NCBI RefSeq assembly: GCF_006345805.1
Contig: NC_042997.1
Coordinates: forward strand, 14,880,001 to 14,944,000
Length of the DNA: 64,000 nucleotides
Direction of reading: 5' to 3'
Origin: Octopus sinensis
Taxonomy: Eukaryota
Every line of letters starts with the position of its first letter. Position 1 is the stretch's first letter. Shown here piece after piece: positions 1-14,355 of the stretch. The translations under genes and the position numbers were made by a program. Under the pieces are notes generated by a model, which saw only the letters and a program-made list of their open reading frames with translations, had not been told where the DNA came from and did no database searches.

Positions 1-165
1 TAGGGCAGCGGACTTGCGGTCATAGGATCGCGGTAACGATTCCCAAACCAGGAGTTGTGAGTGTTTATTGAGTGAAAACACCTAAAGCTCCACAAGGTTC
101 CAACAGGGGATGGTGACGATCCCTGCTGTACTCTTTCGCCACAACTTTCTCTTGCTCTTTCTTCA
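1..165 (+). mobile_element. tRNA-derived SINE head A, truncated
   Basis: Matches the 5' half of the copies at 10051 and 60905 and breaks off into (CA)/(TA) microsatellite. Confidence 0.85.
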
Positions 166-221
166 CACACACATGCATAGACATATATTTATATCAATAT
201 CTATCTATCTATCTATCTATC

Positions 222-252
<31 letters not shown>

Positions 253-537
253 TATATATTCACTTATTAACTATTTTTCCATCTTTCTCTTCTTTTCCCT
301 CCCACTGTACTATGCTTAGTGTAACTAAGAATGGTAGTAAATCACTTCTCCTCACTGTACCATGCATCCAGTGTAACTAAAGACATCAGTAATCCTATCG
401 GACTCTCTCATCTCGCCAACACTCAACTTTTCCCTCTTATCCTTATCACCTTAATACTGTTGTCCATATTGCAGCATTTGTATAAGGAATCACACTAGAT
501 CTAAACATATCCCTTACACTTCTATCTTCACACTTCG

Positions 538-588
<51 letters not shown>

Positions 589-603
589 CACACACACATA
601 CAG

Positions 604-642
<39 letters not shown>

Positions 643-2975
643 ATATATATATATATTAATTTAACAGTTAAGAACTTCTAAGCTACAACAGAAACAAACA
701 ATATTTTTACGGCGTAGTGTTTTGTTATTGTTTTGTTTTTGGCTTTTTTTTTCATTGCTAAGTACTACAGACCATTTCTTATCTCAAAGAGACATTCATA
801 TTAAAAGACAAAGTCTTCTAAGCAGATATAGAAAATACAAGAGTCCTTCTAGTTGACTTCAGCTCAAGCACTGTTGTCACACCAATGATATTTTCTATAG
901 TACTTCAAAAAACATTTTCACTAATTATTTTTTATTTTTTCATTTATTTCTTTTTCCTTTTTTTTTTTCCGGTACATTTTGTATTGGTTCATTACATATC
1001 GGTAAACCATAACTAAACAGGCTGAAACTTCTTGTGGTATATGTAAAATTCTAGTCGATTTATTGAAGTTGATTTAACCTAATTACTTGATTTGCCAATT
1101 ACATTTTATATAGTTAATTACAAATATATAAGAAAAATAGACAAAGAAATTTTTGTGGGTTTTTTAATTAATGTGTGGTAAGTAGCTTGCTTACCAACCA
1201 CATTGTTCCGGGTTCAGTCCCACTGCGTGGCACCTTGGGCAAGTGTCTTCTGCTATAGCCTCAGGCCGACCAAAGCCTTGTGAGTGGATTTGGTAGACGG
1301 AAACTGAAAGAAGCCCATCGTATATATGTATATATATATATATGTGTGTGTGTGTGTTTGTGTGTCTGTGATTGTCTCCCTAGCATTGCTTGACAACCGA
1401 TGCTGGTGTGTTTATGTCCCCGTTTCTTAGCGGTTCGGCAAAAGAGACCGATAGAATAAGTACTGGGCTTACAAAAGAATGAGTCCCGGGGTCTAGTTGC
1501 TTGATTTAAGGCGGTGCTCCAGCATGGCCGCAGTCAAATGACTGAAACAAGTAAAAGAGTCAAAGAGAGTAGCAATGAATGATTCTTTACTTCAATAATT
1601 CAGCATCCACATGCAAGCTTAAGACAAACACAAAAAAAATAAACAATATCAGACATTAAGGCTTCGTTAGTTCCCAGTGTCAATATGGTTATTGTTATAG
1701 TGATGAAGTTGTCTGGAATACTAGAATAGACAATAAAATCATCATCATCATCGTTTAACGTCCGTTTTCCATGCTAGCATGGGTTGGATGGTTCGACCGG
1801 GGTCTGGGAAGCCAGGAGGCTGCACCAGGCTCCAGTCTGATCTGGCAGTGTTTCTACAGCTGGATGCCCTTCCTAACGCCAACCACTCCGTGAGTGTAGT
1901 GGGTGCATTTTACATGCCACCGGCACAGGTGCCAGGGGATGCTGGCATCGGCCACACTCGGATGGTGCTTTTTACATGCCACCGGCACAGGCATTACAAT
2001 AGTCTGTTTTGCCTTTAAAACTTTTAATTTAAAATTGTGCTACAGTTGACTTCATTTGTGTTTAATAAAATAACATAATGGTGTTATACTAGATGTGATT
2101 TCATAAACTATTCATCTCATATTCATGTTTCCATCCTATTTTTTTTCCTATGCTGGCATAAGTTGGATAAGGCTTTTTGAAGCAGTACTCTTTGGCCAGA
2201 TGCACTTCTGAACACCAACTCTTACTTCCTTCAAGAAAGGCGAGCTGGCAGAAACGTTAGCACGCTGGACGAAATGTTTAGCAGTATTTCGTCTGCTGCT
2301 ATGTTCTGAGTTCAAATTCCGCCAAGGTCGATTTTGCCTTTCATCCTTTCAGAGTCGATAAATCAAGTACCAGTAATGCACTGGGGCCGATGTTATCAAC
2401 TTAATCCCTTTGTCTGTCCTTGTTTGTCCCCTCTATGTTTAGCCCCTTGTGGACAATAAAGAAATAAGAAAGGTACTTAATTTCACAGGTCCTTGCTCAT
2501 CAAATCAGAAATTGTTGACATCAGTTACTTAGACATATGTTTTATGTAAATTCTGCAATGTTGATGTGCCGCATATATTTGAGGTTGAATTCATCTATCA
2601 ATATTCCCATTGGCTCATTTTTACTGTCACATTACAATGTTATGACATCTCGTGCAATATTCTGATGTGCGTGTGTGTGTGTGTGTGTTTTACATGATGA
2701 AGTCAAACAATTAGTCAACATCATCCCAGAACACTGAAAGGTTGGAGGTATTAAGGGTATATAAAAAGAGAGAGAGAGATGACAGTCGATATCACAACTT
2801 TGGGATTGTATAAAGTTCTGATGTTGACTCTCTCTCAAATGAAATGACATACAATGCAAGAGAAAATGAAGTAGTAGTAATAATCATATGTCTTTCCAAT
2901 GCTAATTAGCGGTCTTTATTAAAACCTAGTGAATTTGATGATATTTGTATTTATTTACAAAAAGTAAACTTGAAA

Positions 2976-3350
2976 GTCAACTTCGGTGTATGTGGACGAC
3001 ATCACCGTCATTGTATTCCGGGTCGAGCACCTACAGTGCGTAGGTGAGGCCTTAAGGGATTACGAGGCAGTGGCAGGAGCGAAAATCAACCGGGATAAAT
3101 TGGTCGGCTTGCAACTCGACACCTGGAGGGGCAAGTTGATGCCTCCCAACAGCGTCGTTGGATGGAAGGACCAGTGAAAATGCTTGGTTAGGTCCAGATC
3201 TCTTGATAGAGAAGAATTGGAGCGAGGTGGTGAGAAAAGTAGCTCTCCTAACTCAGACCTGGTCTGAGCAGAAGCTGTCCTTGAAAGGGAGGGCAGAGGT
3301 GTTTATTGCTTCTCTAAACACTTACCGCCTGACCGTTGTGCCTTGCCCCG
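2976..3350 (+). mobile_element. L1/Tx1-clade LINE RT fragment
   Basis: YVDDITV...GAKINRDK...NWSEVVRKV...LSLKGRAEV motifs, frameshifted. Confidence 0.85.
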
Positions 3351-5609
3351 ATAGCATACCAATGCAAATGTGCTCCCCACTGACTTTGTTTCCTCATAAC
3401 TTTAAAGAAAAATGGACATATTTTAATGAAATTTTTTTAAAAATACACTTCAGATGGTGTAGATTCCAATTATATCAGAATTTTCTGTGCAAATTTTTTA
3501 TGGGTGGGGAGAGGAGTTTTGGAAAATTCACACAAATCAACTTTAATATCCCTCATAACTTTCATTATTATTATTATTATATTATTATTATTATTATTAT
3601 TATTTTAAGTTTTAAAAAGTGGAAGCCATCTTAATTTTACTGAACATAGCAATTTGTCTGCCTTCTTTTCAGTTCTCACAATCACACCTATGCAAAACAC
3701 TGACCATTATTCTTCACTTATTCTTTGAACCTGTAATTTACAACTATAGTCAACTGTTCTAATTGTCAATCATCTCAATTGCTCAAGGTAGAATTTTCAA
3801 AGAAAAACCCTTTAAGCGATACCCCTTTTGCCTGAATGAATTTTAGGTCTCATCAAAGGGGATCTATAAAGAAGGGTGAAAATCAGTGGCTTATTGTGGT
3901 TAGTGTCATAGGTTAAGCTCTGTGATTTCTTGCTTCTAATAAAGCTGTTAAAACTCAGTAGCTTTTCCTATTATATGAGGAACAAGCTCAGACATATGAG
4001 AATATTTTACTGCTCGGTTAGGTCAACATGGATAAATTCTTTCATATAAAATGCTAAGATATATTATTATATATCTCTTTCTCTTTTACTTGTTTCAGTC
4101 ATTTGACTGCGGCCATGCTGGAGCACCGCCTTTAATCGAGCAACTCGACCCCGGGACTTAATCTTTTGTAAGCCCAGTACTTATTCTATCGGTCTCTTTT
4201 GCTGAACCGCTAAGTAACGGGGACCATAAACACACCAGCATCGGTTGTCAAGCAATGCTAGGGGGACAAACACAAGTACATACACGCATATATATATACA
4301 CATATATACGATGGGCTTCTTTCAGTTTCCGTCTACCAAATCCACTCACAAGGCTTTGGTCGGCCCGAGGCTATAGTAGAAGACACTTGCCCAAGGTGCC
4401 ACACAGTGGCACTGAACCCAGAACCATGTGGTTGGTAAACAAACTACTTGCCACACAGCCACTCCTGCGCCTATATAACAGTTAATGTTAAATAGTATAT
4501 CAACAGTCAACCATCTCAGACTTCAATTTATTTCATCTGCTGACCTGATTTTATTTCTGAGAGTTTATTAGTACAAATTACAATCAAATGTTATGAAACT
4601 GCCAGAATAAAATTATTATAAAGAAAACTACTTCCAGTTAATTTATTTCAGCTAATACATCTGATCACGAATATGAATACAGAATGTTTGCTATTTGACT
4701 GTCGCTCCACATCAGTTTTTATTACTCTGCGCATGTAAGCGAAAGCAGGGTATTATAATCACTCATCTTCGTCTGTCTGTGTGTTTGCAAAATTACTGGA
4801 AAACGTCTGAACAGATTTTCACCAAATTTGACAGAAATAATCATTGGGTAAGCGGCTCGAATGATGAAAATTTGGTTGATTATCTTCAAACATACATAAA
4901 TATGCGACTCTGTCTGTGTGTGTGTATGCGTGTAAGCGTGCGTGTACAGTGTTAGATTCAAGGATTTCATTTATTTACAAGTTGATTTCTTAAACTTCAC
5001 CGGAGTATAACTACTTACACTAGTAATATTTGAAAAAAAAAAAATTTTAATTAAAAAGAATTGAACTCACAAATTACCTGGTAAGCAAGTCATCATATTA
5101 TTTATATCCTATAACAGACTACAGTAAGTTTTATTCACCTGTCATCATTGAAAGACGAAAACACTTCTCAAATTTTATGCAATATTTTCTATAAGTATTT
5201 CATTTTGTTCACTTTCTTTTTCATGTGAATCGACCCTCGTCTGCGTGTGTATAAATCATGGTGTACCTATACGCGTAGATACATGTGGGCCCATACACAC
5301 ATACATACATATGCAACTGTGGGCTCTTTTAGTAAAATACAAAGCTTAATTCAGTTCAATTAAAAGCATGGGTAAGTAACACATTATAAGCCACACTATA
5401 ATTTGCAAAAAAATTATTTGCGTGCAGAGTATGCATTGCCCCTCTGATGCCCTTTTCATTTTTTTTTTTCTTTGGCATTCTCCCACTTCATCCAATCTCA
5501 TAATTAATTTTTATTTTACACAATTTTTACGGTGTACTTAATTACATGAATATTCCACATTAAGATACAATTCCAAAACTGAAGTAAACACAATCATGAA
5601 CAAAAAGAA

Positions 5610-6700
5610 AGACAAAACATCAATTCAACACTAAGTGCGTCAATTGGTCGCACACCACAAGGTTCAACGGACCCTACTGAAACAAGCTAACATCCTTGCG
5701 GCATTACTGTGGGTGATGGTAAGGCTAAGGCTTTCGAATAGCCAAACACCCTCACAGACATTACCTGACACCTCGGTAAGGCAAGCCGGTAACGATAACA
5801 AGAACTTCACTCTCCGCAGTCCAGCTCCTCCAAATGTCTCAAATGCCACAAGCTGGAAGAAATGGTTCTCCAATACTTAAGGATTTTGTTTCACCTGGCT
5901 ATGGAAGCAGTGACCCTCCCATTTACCGCAGCATCCAGGATGTGGGAGGGGGCAAAGGAGTCACTGATTGTGGCACCTACCTCTAACCCAGGGACAGGGG
6001 GTAAGACCAGCTGGTCTCTTTCCATCACTTGTGGATAATCCCGCCAACCTCAGAACTGAGGGGATATTTACCCGAGTCAGAGTCTGCTTAATGATCAAGT
6101 TTAGCTCGGTGTGACGAGCAAAATGACCAGCATTTAGGCGGAAAGGCAGACCACGAAGGCTGATGGAGTTGAGGGGCCTACTGCAGTGACATCTCAGTCC
6201 TCCACAGGTGTCGGTTCCCACTCTGAGTAAAATGAAGATGCAGAGCTCATCCAGACCAAGTATACCGCCAGTGCAGACCATAAGCAGAGCATCAGTCTAG
6301 TCCCCTGAGACTTTCGCTCTTGCGAAAAGTAGGCAACACCTTGAAAATTGATCAGATTGACCAAAGAAAGTTGAACGTGTAACTACTTTTGTTTGTCCTC
6401 ATCTGTAATAGGAACTGACAAACCCAGCTCTCTCTCCACTGTAGCAGAGCTTCATCCATCTCCCTAAAGCACAGCATGTTCTCTACCAATGGGGAGCAAG
6501 CGTGGGTGGAGGAAAGAACATAGGGAAGAGACAGAAATGAGCAGTTACGCAGACCTAGACCCCCAAACTGTTTGGGCAAAGCAGCCTCTGATATTGACCA
6601 AGCATTTGAGTTCCCTGAAGATTAGGTTGTCAAAACATTGGAGAGATGGCGAGAATCTATAAAAAGGAGTAACTCCGAGCACCATCCATCCAGTACCATA
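5610..6700 (-). mobile_element. CRE-clade non-LTR retrotransposon 3' part (Zn knuckle plus REL endonuclease), decayed
   Basis: LPKQFGGLGLR; C-x-C...RHTELN; DGKRPAGLT-PW; FQLVAFETFG; LSLTITHSNAA. A ~95-bp duplicate lies at 7965-8058. Confidence 0.8.
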
Positions 6701-7024
6701 TCATGATACGACAAACTGGGTAATGCACTGAATGCTTTTTAAGAACAACTGTCATTTTGTTTCATAACGTGAGAGAAAAATGAGTTTTTTTCATTATGAT
6801 GCATGATAATATTATTGAATGAGCTTAAGGAGGAACTTATCATCTTTGATAAGTATGAATCTCTAACCGAGCATACTCTGAAGAAACGAAACACTCTTAT
6901 TGAAAATGTGAAATAGATATTTTGAAGAGATGATCTAACAATTTTTTCTATTGTTTATGCAATCAATATAGCTGCAGTATTATAGTACTAAAAGACACAG
7001 GATGAAACGATTGGATGCAGCCCT

Positions 7025-7370
7025 TTGGACATTGATGATTTAGCTTGGTTTTTGGCGTTTAATTTATATATCGATGGTGTAGTGAGAAAGGTAAATGCTA
7101 GAACCCTTGGTAGGGGAGCCCAAATGATGGGAGAAAATGGAAAGAAATGGCAAGTGAGTCAGTTGTTTGCTGATGATACAGCACTGGTGGCAGATTCGGA
7201 AGAGCGACTGAGGAGACTGGTGATAGAGTTTGGAAGAGTGTGTGAAAGGAGGACACTGAAAGGGAATGTAGCTAAGAGTAAGGTGATGAGATGTTTGAGA
7301 GATAGAACGGCTGGTAGGATGAGTGTAAGTATAAATGGTAAGATGTTAGAGGAGGTGAGTGTTTTTAAAA
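7025..7370 (+). mobile_element. RTE-clade LINE RT fragment
   Basis: FNLYIDGVVR...QLFADDTALVADSEERLRRLVIEFGRVC...NVAKSKVM. Confidence 0.85.
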
Positions 7371-7450
7371 TCATTAACCCCAGAACAGTGATACTCAAAT
7401 TGAAAATACTCCTCACCCATCCCACCAACAATATCAGAGGAATTTGTGAC

Positions 7451-7601
7451 CACTAGCATATCTAGGGGGTGGCAGTAGGAGCGGTACTTTTAAAGGGACA
7501 ACACTATTGGGTCTGCTGTTGGCGATACGTGTTTTCTGTGGGGTCCAGGGCGGCAAACGGAAGGGCCGCCCCGAGCGGCACATACTCTAGTTACACTAGT
7601 G
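7451..7601. mobile_element. hAT-type MITE
   Basis: Imperfect 15-bp TIR cactagcatatctag / ctagttacactagtg. 8-bp TSD tttgtgac / tttgcgac. Confidence 0.7.
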
Positions 7602-8059
7602 TTTGCGACCCCAATTTTATTAATGAGAAAACATAACAGGTTTTGGCTGTGACTTCAGCATGCAGTTACCAAGCGGTCATGTTACCGGTTATATTATTAA
7701 TGATCTCGGTCAGAATTTCTATTAACCGAGCTGCCAAATTCATTGAATTACCGTGTAAGTGGCTAAGTATTCCACAGATATGTGTACTGTACCCTTAATG
7801 TAATTCTCAGGCGGAATCAGCGTGACGTTGTGTGACAGCGTGACGTTGTGTGACAAATACATGTAGCTTCGTTTATCGCTGAATCATTCGTTATTGATTG
7901 AAGATAGCGCAGTACGTTCAGCTGTGAAGCGCGTTACACTTATCCCTGATTGATTTGTGAGCAGTCCAGCTCCTCCAAATGTTTCAAATGCCACAAGCTG
8001 GAAGAAATACTTAAGGATTTTGTTTCACCTGGCTATGGAAGCAGTGACCCTCCCATTTA

Positions 8060-8410
8060 CGGTCAGTCGAAGATTCTGCTTGTACCGTAATAACGCGCCC
8101 CAACGATTACCAGCTACCTAAAATACACTGACTATCGTTTTGTGTCTACATGACCGTGCTGCGAGGCTGCGTATTTTTTTTAATTTTTTTTATGTGGATT
8201 TGCGTACACATACCCATTACCATGGGGGCAGTGATGAGAGAAACTACAAAGGCACCTGATCCTAACAAATGACGCAAATGAGTGTGTTATCTCCAGGAAA
8301 AAGTAGAGAGATGATCATAAAAATACGTGACGGTGGAAACCTTGTTACTGTGGGTTACAAGTCCAGTATCAATGAATCCACCATTCGTTCCATTTACAAA
8401 GTGTGTGGAG
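8060..8410 (+). pseudogene. pogo/Tigger transposon left end with CENP-B-type HTH remnant
   Basis: Frameshifted VLS...IIKIRDGGNLVTVG...INESTIRSIYK. Confidence 0.55.
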
Positions 8411-9214
8411 ATGGTTCATTTATCACTGTTTCGTTTTTTTTTTATATAGTTTTAAACTAGAGTAAATCCGACGGGCTTCTATACAGCTTCTCTTTCCAAT
8501 CTGACAAGGTACGGGCCAACCTGAGGCTATATACAGAAAATTACATTAGCCCAAGATGCTACGCAGCAGATTCGAAATGGCGACCTCATAATTACAAAGC
8601 GAACCTTTTAATTATACGGCAATACTGAGAGATGAATTATACAGCCAGTTATAATGAGACTGAAGGAGTGGTTCAATAAGAAACGAAATGACTTATTAAA
8701 TAGTTCGTATTTCAGGGGTATGATTTTCCCCCGCCTTCTTACACTGTCCACAAATTAATTATTTATCTCGAGGGAGGATTAAGAGGAAGAGAGTATTATA
8801 ACACTGAACTTATTGTCACTGTTTCTATAAGTGCACATATTTTCATACGAACGACTCTAAACAGGCATATTTATTCATGCACGCATGCATGTGTATGCGC
8901 GCGTAAATGTATATTTTTATGCGATACTTTGTTTGTTGGTTAGCGAGTTGGTTCATTGATCGATTGGTTGGCACCTCTCATTCACAGTATTTTCGTATTT
9001 TTTCTTTCTTGAGGAGTGGAGAGGTTCATATTCCAGCCGTAAAAGCAAAAACTGACTTTATCCTATGAGGTTGAACTGTGGTTAAACGAAGGTCTGGAAG
9101 GAATTACTAGCTATTTTTGCAAAAGTCCAGAGATTTTTTTCTTTGCTTAATCAGTGGAATGATAATAATTACTAACATAGACATAAGTCCACAAATTTTG
9201 AAAAAAGTAATAGT

Positions 9215-9718
9215 GGATTGCACCGAAACCAATACTTTCTTTGCCATATTCCGAACGCCTTACTTCCCTGGGCATGGATACATTGAAACTCCAACGTCTG
9301 GCAGCTGACTTGGCAGACACCCATAAAATTATTAACCATCTTACTAACAATAACTCTGAGCATCTTTTCAAACTCCATCTAACACCCGTGGACATGTTTA
9401 CAAAGTTAGAAAACAACACAGCTCCCATGACTTTCGGAAACATTTTTTCCCGCTAAGAGTTGCTGAAGCATGGAACAAACTGCCGGCATCAGTTGTTAGT
9501 TGTCGGAGCACTGCATCCTTCAAAACTTCCATGCTTCCTGAGATTCGCCAACACTACACCTGATTTTCTCCCCTCCATACACACGCAAGCATGTATCTGA
9601 CTCATACACTGTTCTTTTTCCAGACATTCTTACATTACTGCATGTACATTATACGCACTTTTGACAAGTTGTGGTGCACCTGAGCACTGTATACAATAAT
9701 TTCATTATTATTATTATA
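9215..9718 (+). mobile_element. 3' end of a related CR1-type subfamily
   Basis: PYSERLTSLGMDTLKLQRLAADL...; the 3' UTR ends atacaataatttc(att)n. Further copies at about 35265-35500(+) and 39505-39815(-); an older decayed relative at about 20570-21130(+). Confidence 0.88.
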
Positions 9719-10050
9719 ATATTTTAATCGATCTCGGAAAGTTGAAAAGCAATGTTGATCTCAGTGAAATTTGAACTGAGAATGTAAAAGTACACAACTA
9801 AATACCTTAATGAATTTTGTCTGATGCTCTACCGATTCTATCCCCACTAGCTGAGCAATGTAACCAATATCCTTAAAAGGATAGTGATGTGATCAGAGTA
9901 GCATAGAGGGTACGGGTCGCACTGGGTGGTCGCTTTAAGTACTTGTGCTTGTTGAGATCGAAGGTATGTGTGACGTTTAAAGAAGATAGGGAAAATCCAC
10001 GCTACGCCTCGGGGTGTGTTTCGACAACGATGTTTTGACGGAATATAATT

Positions 10051-10439
10051 TGTAGAGGCGCAATGGGCCAATGGTTAGGACAGCGGACTCGCGGTCATAG
10101 GATTGCGGTTTCGATTCCCAGACCGGGCGTTGTGAGTGTTTATTGAGCGAAAACACCTAAAGCTCCACGAGGCTCCGGCAGGGGATGGTGGTGATCCCTG
10201 CTGTACTCTTTCACCACAACTTTCTCTCACTCTTACTTCCTGTTTCTGTTGTACCTGTATTTCAAGGGGCCGGCCTTGTCACTCTCTGTGTCACGCTGAA
10301 TATCCCCGAGAACTACGTTAAGGGTACACGTGTCTGTGGAGTGCTCAGCCACTTACACGTTAATTTCACGAGCAGGCTGTTCCGTTGATTCGGTTCAACT
10401 GGAACCCTCATCGTCGTAACCGACGGAGTGCTTGAAGAA
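10051..10439 (+). mobile_element. tRNA-derived SINE, head A + tail 1
   Basis: A/B-box-like head (tggttagg...gtttcgattccc). Imperfect TSD gacgg(a)atataatt at 10037-10050 and 10440-10452. Confidence 0.88.
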
Positions 10440-11289
10440 GACGGATATAATTATAATTCGATAAGATTACTTGATTATTTTTAACCTTAGGGCCGCTTTA
10501 TAATGTACGATCTGAGCATTGCTGACTTGTGGATTTGCATCGAACTTTAGATGGATTTTATTGTGAGTTGAATTCATTGTAAAGATCACCCTGGCGGTTA
10601 TCTCTCTTTTTTGATTTATAAATGGAATAATTTCACTTCTTATTTCAGTGATGCATTACCCTCTGTTGAGATTGATACTTCAGTTAGGTAGCATTTCTTT
10701 TCTAGTGGTCCTTGGCAATACTATCCTGCCAATTACTCGTGGGTTTTTTTCCGGAGTTGACTGCTATATCTCAAAGTATAGTTGTTTTCTCATTTTCCAT
10801 CTCCTTTTTTTTTTTTTTTTTTTTTTTTGTTGGTGTCCAGATTGAATGAATGGAACCTACGGCAAGCTGGCAGAATCGTTAGCACGCCGGGTGAACTGCT
10901 TAGCGGTAGTTCGTCTGCCGTTACGGTCTGAGTTCAAATTCCGCCGAGGTCGACTTTGCCTTTTATCCTTTCGGGGGCGATAAATTAAGTACCAGTTACG
11001 CACTAGAGTCGATGTAATCGACTTAATCCCTTTGTCTGTCCTTGTTTGCCCCATCTATGTTTAGCCCCTCGTGGGCAATAAAGAAATAAGAATGGAACCT
11101 ACTGGATGCAGAGGTGATCATTTCGAAGCACCGAACACGGAGGCATGCAGCTTTTGGCCATCTCTTTTCGTTGCTTGAGACATTGTGATTCTAATGTAAC
11201 TGGTTTGTTTGAAGCAATTAGTTTAAGTCACCGGTGTGATTAATAACATCTGTTCATTGACATATCTACGAGAAGCCTAAAGGCAATGT

Positions 11290-11590
11290 ATCTTCACAAC
11301 AGTAACCAGTATCCATCTATCCATATTACTTACTCCGTACACTTGAAAGATTACAAAATTATATAAGTCTTACTCAAAGACATCAAATATGGCGACTACG
11401 AGTGGAATTAGCATGTGGTGTTTTCAAGATGTTGGAATTCTTGCTCGAACTATAGGATGGATATACTAAGCAACCTTGTTTTTTGTTTGTTGGGTAGCAG
11501 AAATGGAGCTAAACATTATGTGAAACGAAAATGGAAGATAAAAAGGAAAAATGTCAGCTCTACAGCCTTGTTTCGAGAAAATAGTAGAGA
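11290..11590 (+). pseudogene. Decayed DNA transposase, Chapaev3-like
   Basis: KYGDYEWN...FKMLEFLLEL*DGYTKQPCF...SRN...HYVKRKW resembles the LQGGYTKYPCFLCLWDSR motif as I recall it. Confidence 0.5.
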
Positions 11591-12746
11591 CCATTGTCAT
11601 CACCATCGCCGCCGGTTGGTTCGGTGCCAGCTGGATATAGAAAATGAGCTCTAAGGTGACCTCCGCCAGTTGACCAACAACATCCAAAACGGCTCTAGTT
11701 TGCTGGGAACTGAGACACTCAGAGTTGCTTGTCAGCCAAGTCATCATCTGGGAACCGACCCATGGATCGTTTTCCAAATCCATTGTCAAACCCTAGTAGT
11801 AGACAATGGTACAGTAATGGCTGAAGAGTTTAGGACACTGATGATAGAACGAAATGCATGACACATGCATCGTCATGCCACACGCAATTGCAAATAGACG
11901 CCGACGACGCTGATGATGCGGAGGAGAATCACTTATTTCTCATATTAGCGTATCTTTTTTTAACTTTAATTTTCTGTCAAGGGAAAACTCAACATTTTTA
12001 AATGTCAGTTATCTCATGCATATTTAAGAACAGAATGTACATAAATCCATGTTCATTTTATTTTATAATATTATATCTTAAAGCGGCGAGATGGCAGAAA
12101 CGTTACCATACCGGGCGAAATACTTAGCGGAATTTCGTCTGTCTTTACGTTCTGAGTTCAAATTCCGCCGACGTCGTCTTTGCCTTTCATCCTTTCGGGG
12201 TCGATAAATTAAGTACCAGTTGCATACTGAGGTCGATCTAATTGACTGTTTCCCTCCCCCAAAAGTTCGGGCCTTGTGCCTAGAGTAGAAAAGAATATTC
12301 TAATATCTTTGTGCGTGTGAGTGCGCGCGTGCTTGTGTCCACTTCCTTTTGACTAGGCCCTTTTGACAACAGCCTTACAAATATTACGGGGAAACGGAAA
12401 CGGGATATAAATTTCATGCCTTTCAACGGTGAGCCACTTTTCATTCTTTGGAGATTAAAGCAGTTTTCTCACTCTAGATTCTTTTAAATAATTGCCAGGG
12501 TGTGGGGCATCAAGCAAGTCTCCAGATGTGATGAAACAACACTCGCTAGGTCATTAACTAAAGCGCTCCATTTTCACTTTCAAAGTCGCCAATCGCCAAG
12601 TCTGCTATTCTGCCGCAGTCTCTATAGTCTTCGTTGTAATTATTCGCGGATTTAAATATAAGAATTATCACTCCACTGCTAATTCCACCTGAAGAATCGT
12701 CACACAGCCTACTGTGAATATAACTTGTATAATTAGAACACTATTC

Positions 12747-13467
12747 GGATCTTTTCCTTTTGAACGGCACTTTGTAACATAATTTCTAGTTAACTAAACA
12801 CTTTTAAACTTCGTATACTGGTAGAATGTGTTTATAAAACATCATTTTTTTCTTAGCTTTATTGAGAAAATTCTATATGTTGTAACATATTTCGTCTTTA
12901 ATTTCGAGCATTTCGGCAATTTTAACCAATCGCTGACCTCCATTTAGGTAAACAGCATTCCGTGCTGTATGAATATGTCCCTCCTTTAAGAAACAGATTG
13001 GGTTTATTTACATTTGTGAAGAAAAAAAGATACCCTTCCCCCACCCCTAAATCTAAAATAGATTGAAATGCATTTGATACCGCTAGAAAAAAATCCCATT
13101 TTCCGTAGCGTATGAAATTGTCACCCATAATTATAACCCTAGTATCGATCTATTGCATTTCAATCTATTTTAGAGTTAGGGGTGGGGGAAGGGTATCTTT
13201 TTTTCTTCACAAATGTAAATAAACCCAATCTGTTTCTTAAACGAGGGACATATTCATACAGCACGGAATGGAGGTCAGTGATTGGTTAAAATTGCCGAAA
13301 TGCTCGAAATTAAAGACGAAATATGTTACAACATATAGAATTTTCTCAATAAAGCCAAGAAAAAAAATGATGTTTTATAAACACATTCTACCAGTATACG
13401 AAGTTTAAAAGTGTTTATAGTTAACTAGAAATTGTGTTGAAAAGTGCCGTTCAAAAGGAAAAGATCC
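12747..13467. mobile_element. Foldback non-autonomous DNA transposon (long TIRs, 8-bp TSD; Merlin/MULE-like)
   Basis: Roughly 330-bp inverted arms, ggatcttttccttttgaacggc...gccgttcaaaaggaaaagatcc. Perfect TSD cactattc at 12739-12746 and 13468-13475. Confidence 0.88.
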
Positions 13468-13718
13468 CACTATTCCTCGGTGCTGTGCATCTTTATTTTC
13501 TCTCTTTACTTGTTTCAGTCATTTGACTGCGGCCATGCTGGAGCACCGCCTTTAGTCGAGCAAATCGACCCCGGGACTTATTCTTTGTAAGCCCAGTACT
13601 TATTCTATCGGTCTCTTTTGCCGAACCGCTAAGTAACGGGGACGTATACACACCAGCATTGGTTGTCAAGCAATGCTAGAGGGACAAACACAGACACACA
13701 AACATATACACACACACT

Positions 13719-13752
<34 letters not shown>

Positions 13753-14133
13753 CGACAGGCTTCTTTCAGTTTCCGTCTACCAAATCCACTCACAAGGCAT
13801 TGGTCGGCCCGGGGTTATAGCAGAAGACACTTGCCCAAGATGCCACGCAGTGGGACTGAACCCGGAACCATGTGGTTGGTTAGCAAGCTACTTACCACAC
13901 AGCCACTCCTGTGCCTATTGTGAAAGTTTAAAGACAAAGGACAGAAATATCCAACGTGTTCCAAGCTACAATGATTATATAGATAATACAGCAAAATACA
14001 CGTTGCTAAATACTTAGTTTAAAGGAAATAATATAAAGCGGGTTTCAAAGTTAATTGAAGCTGCTCCAAAATACAGTACAGGATACATGTTGCAAAGAGT
14101 TCTAACCAGCAATTTGTAGGAATAAAATTTCCG

Positions 14134-14294
14134 TAGGAGTGGCTGTGTGGTAAGTAGCTTGCTCACCAACCCCATGGTTCGGGGTTCAGTCCCACTGCAT
14201 GGCACCTTCGGCAAGTGTCTTCTACTATAGCCTCGGGCCGACCAAAGCCTTGTGAGTGGATTTGGTAGATGGAAACTGAAAGAAGCCCGTCGTA

Positions 14295-14355
<61 letters not shown>

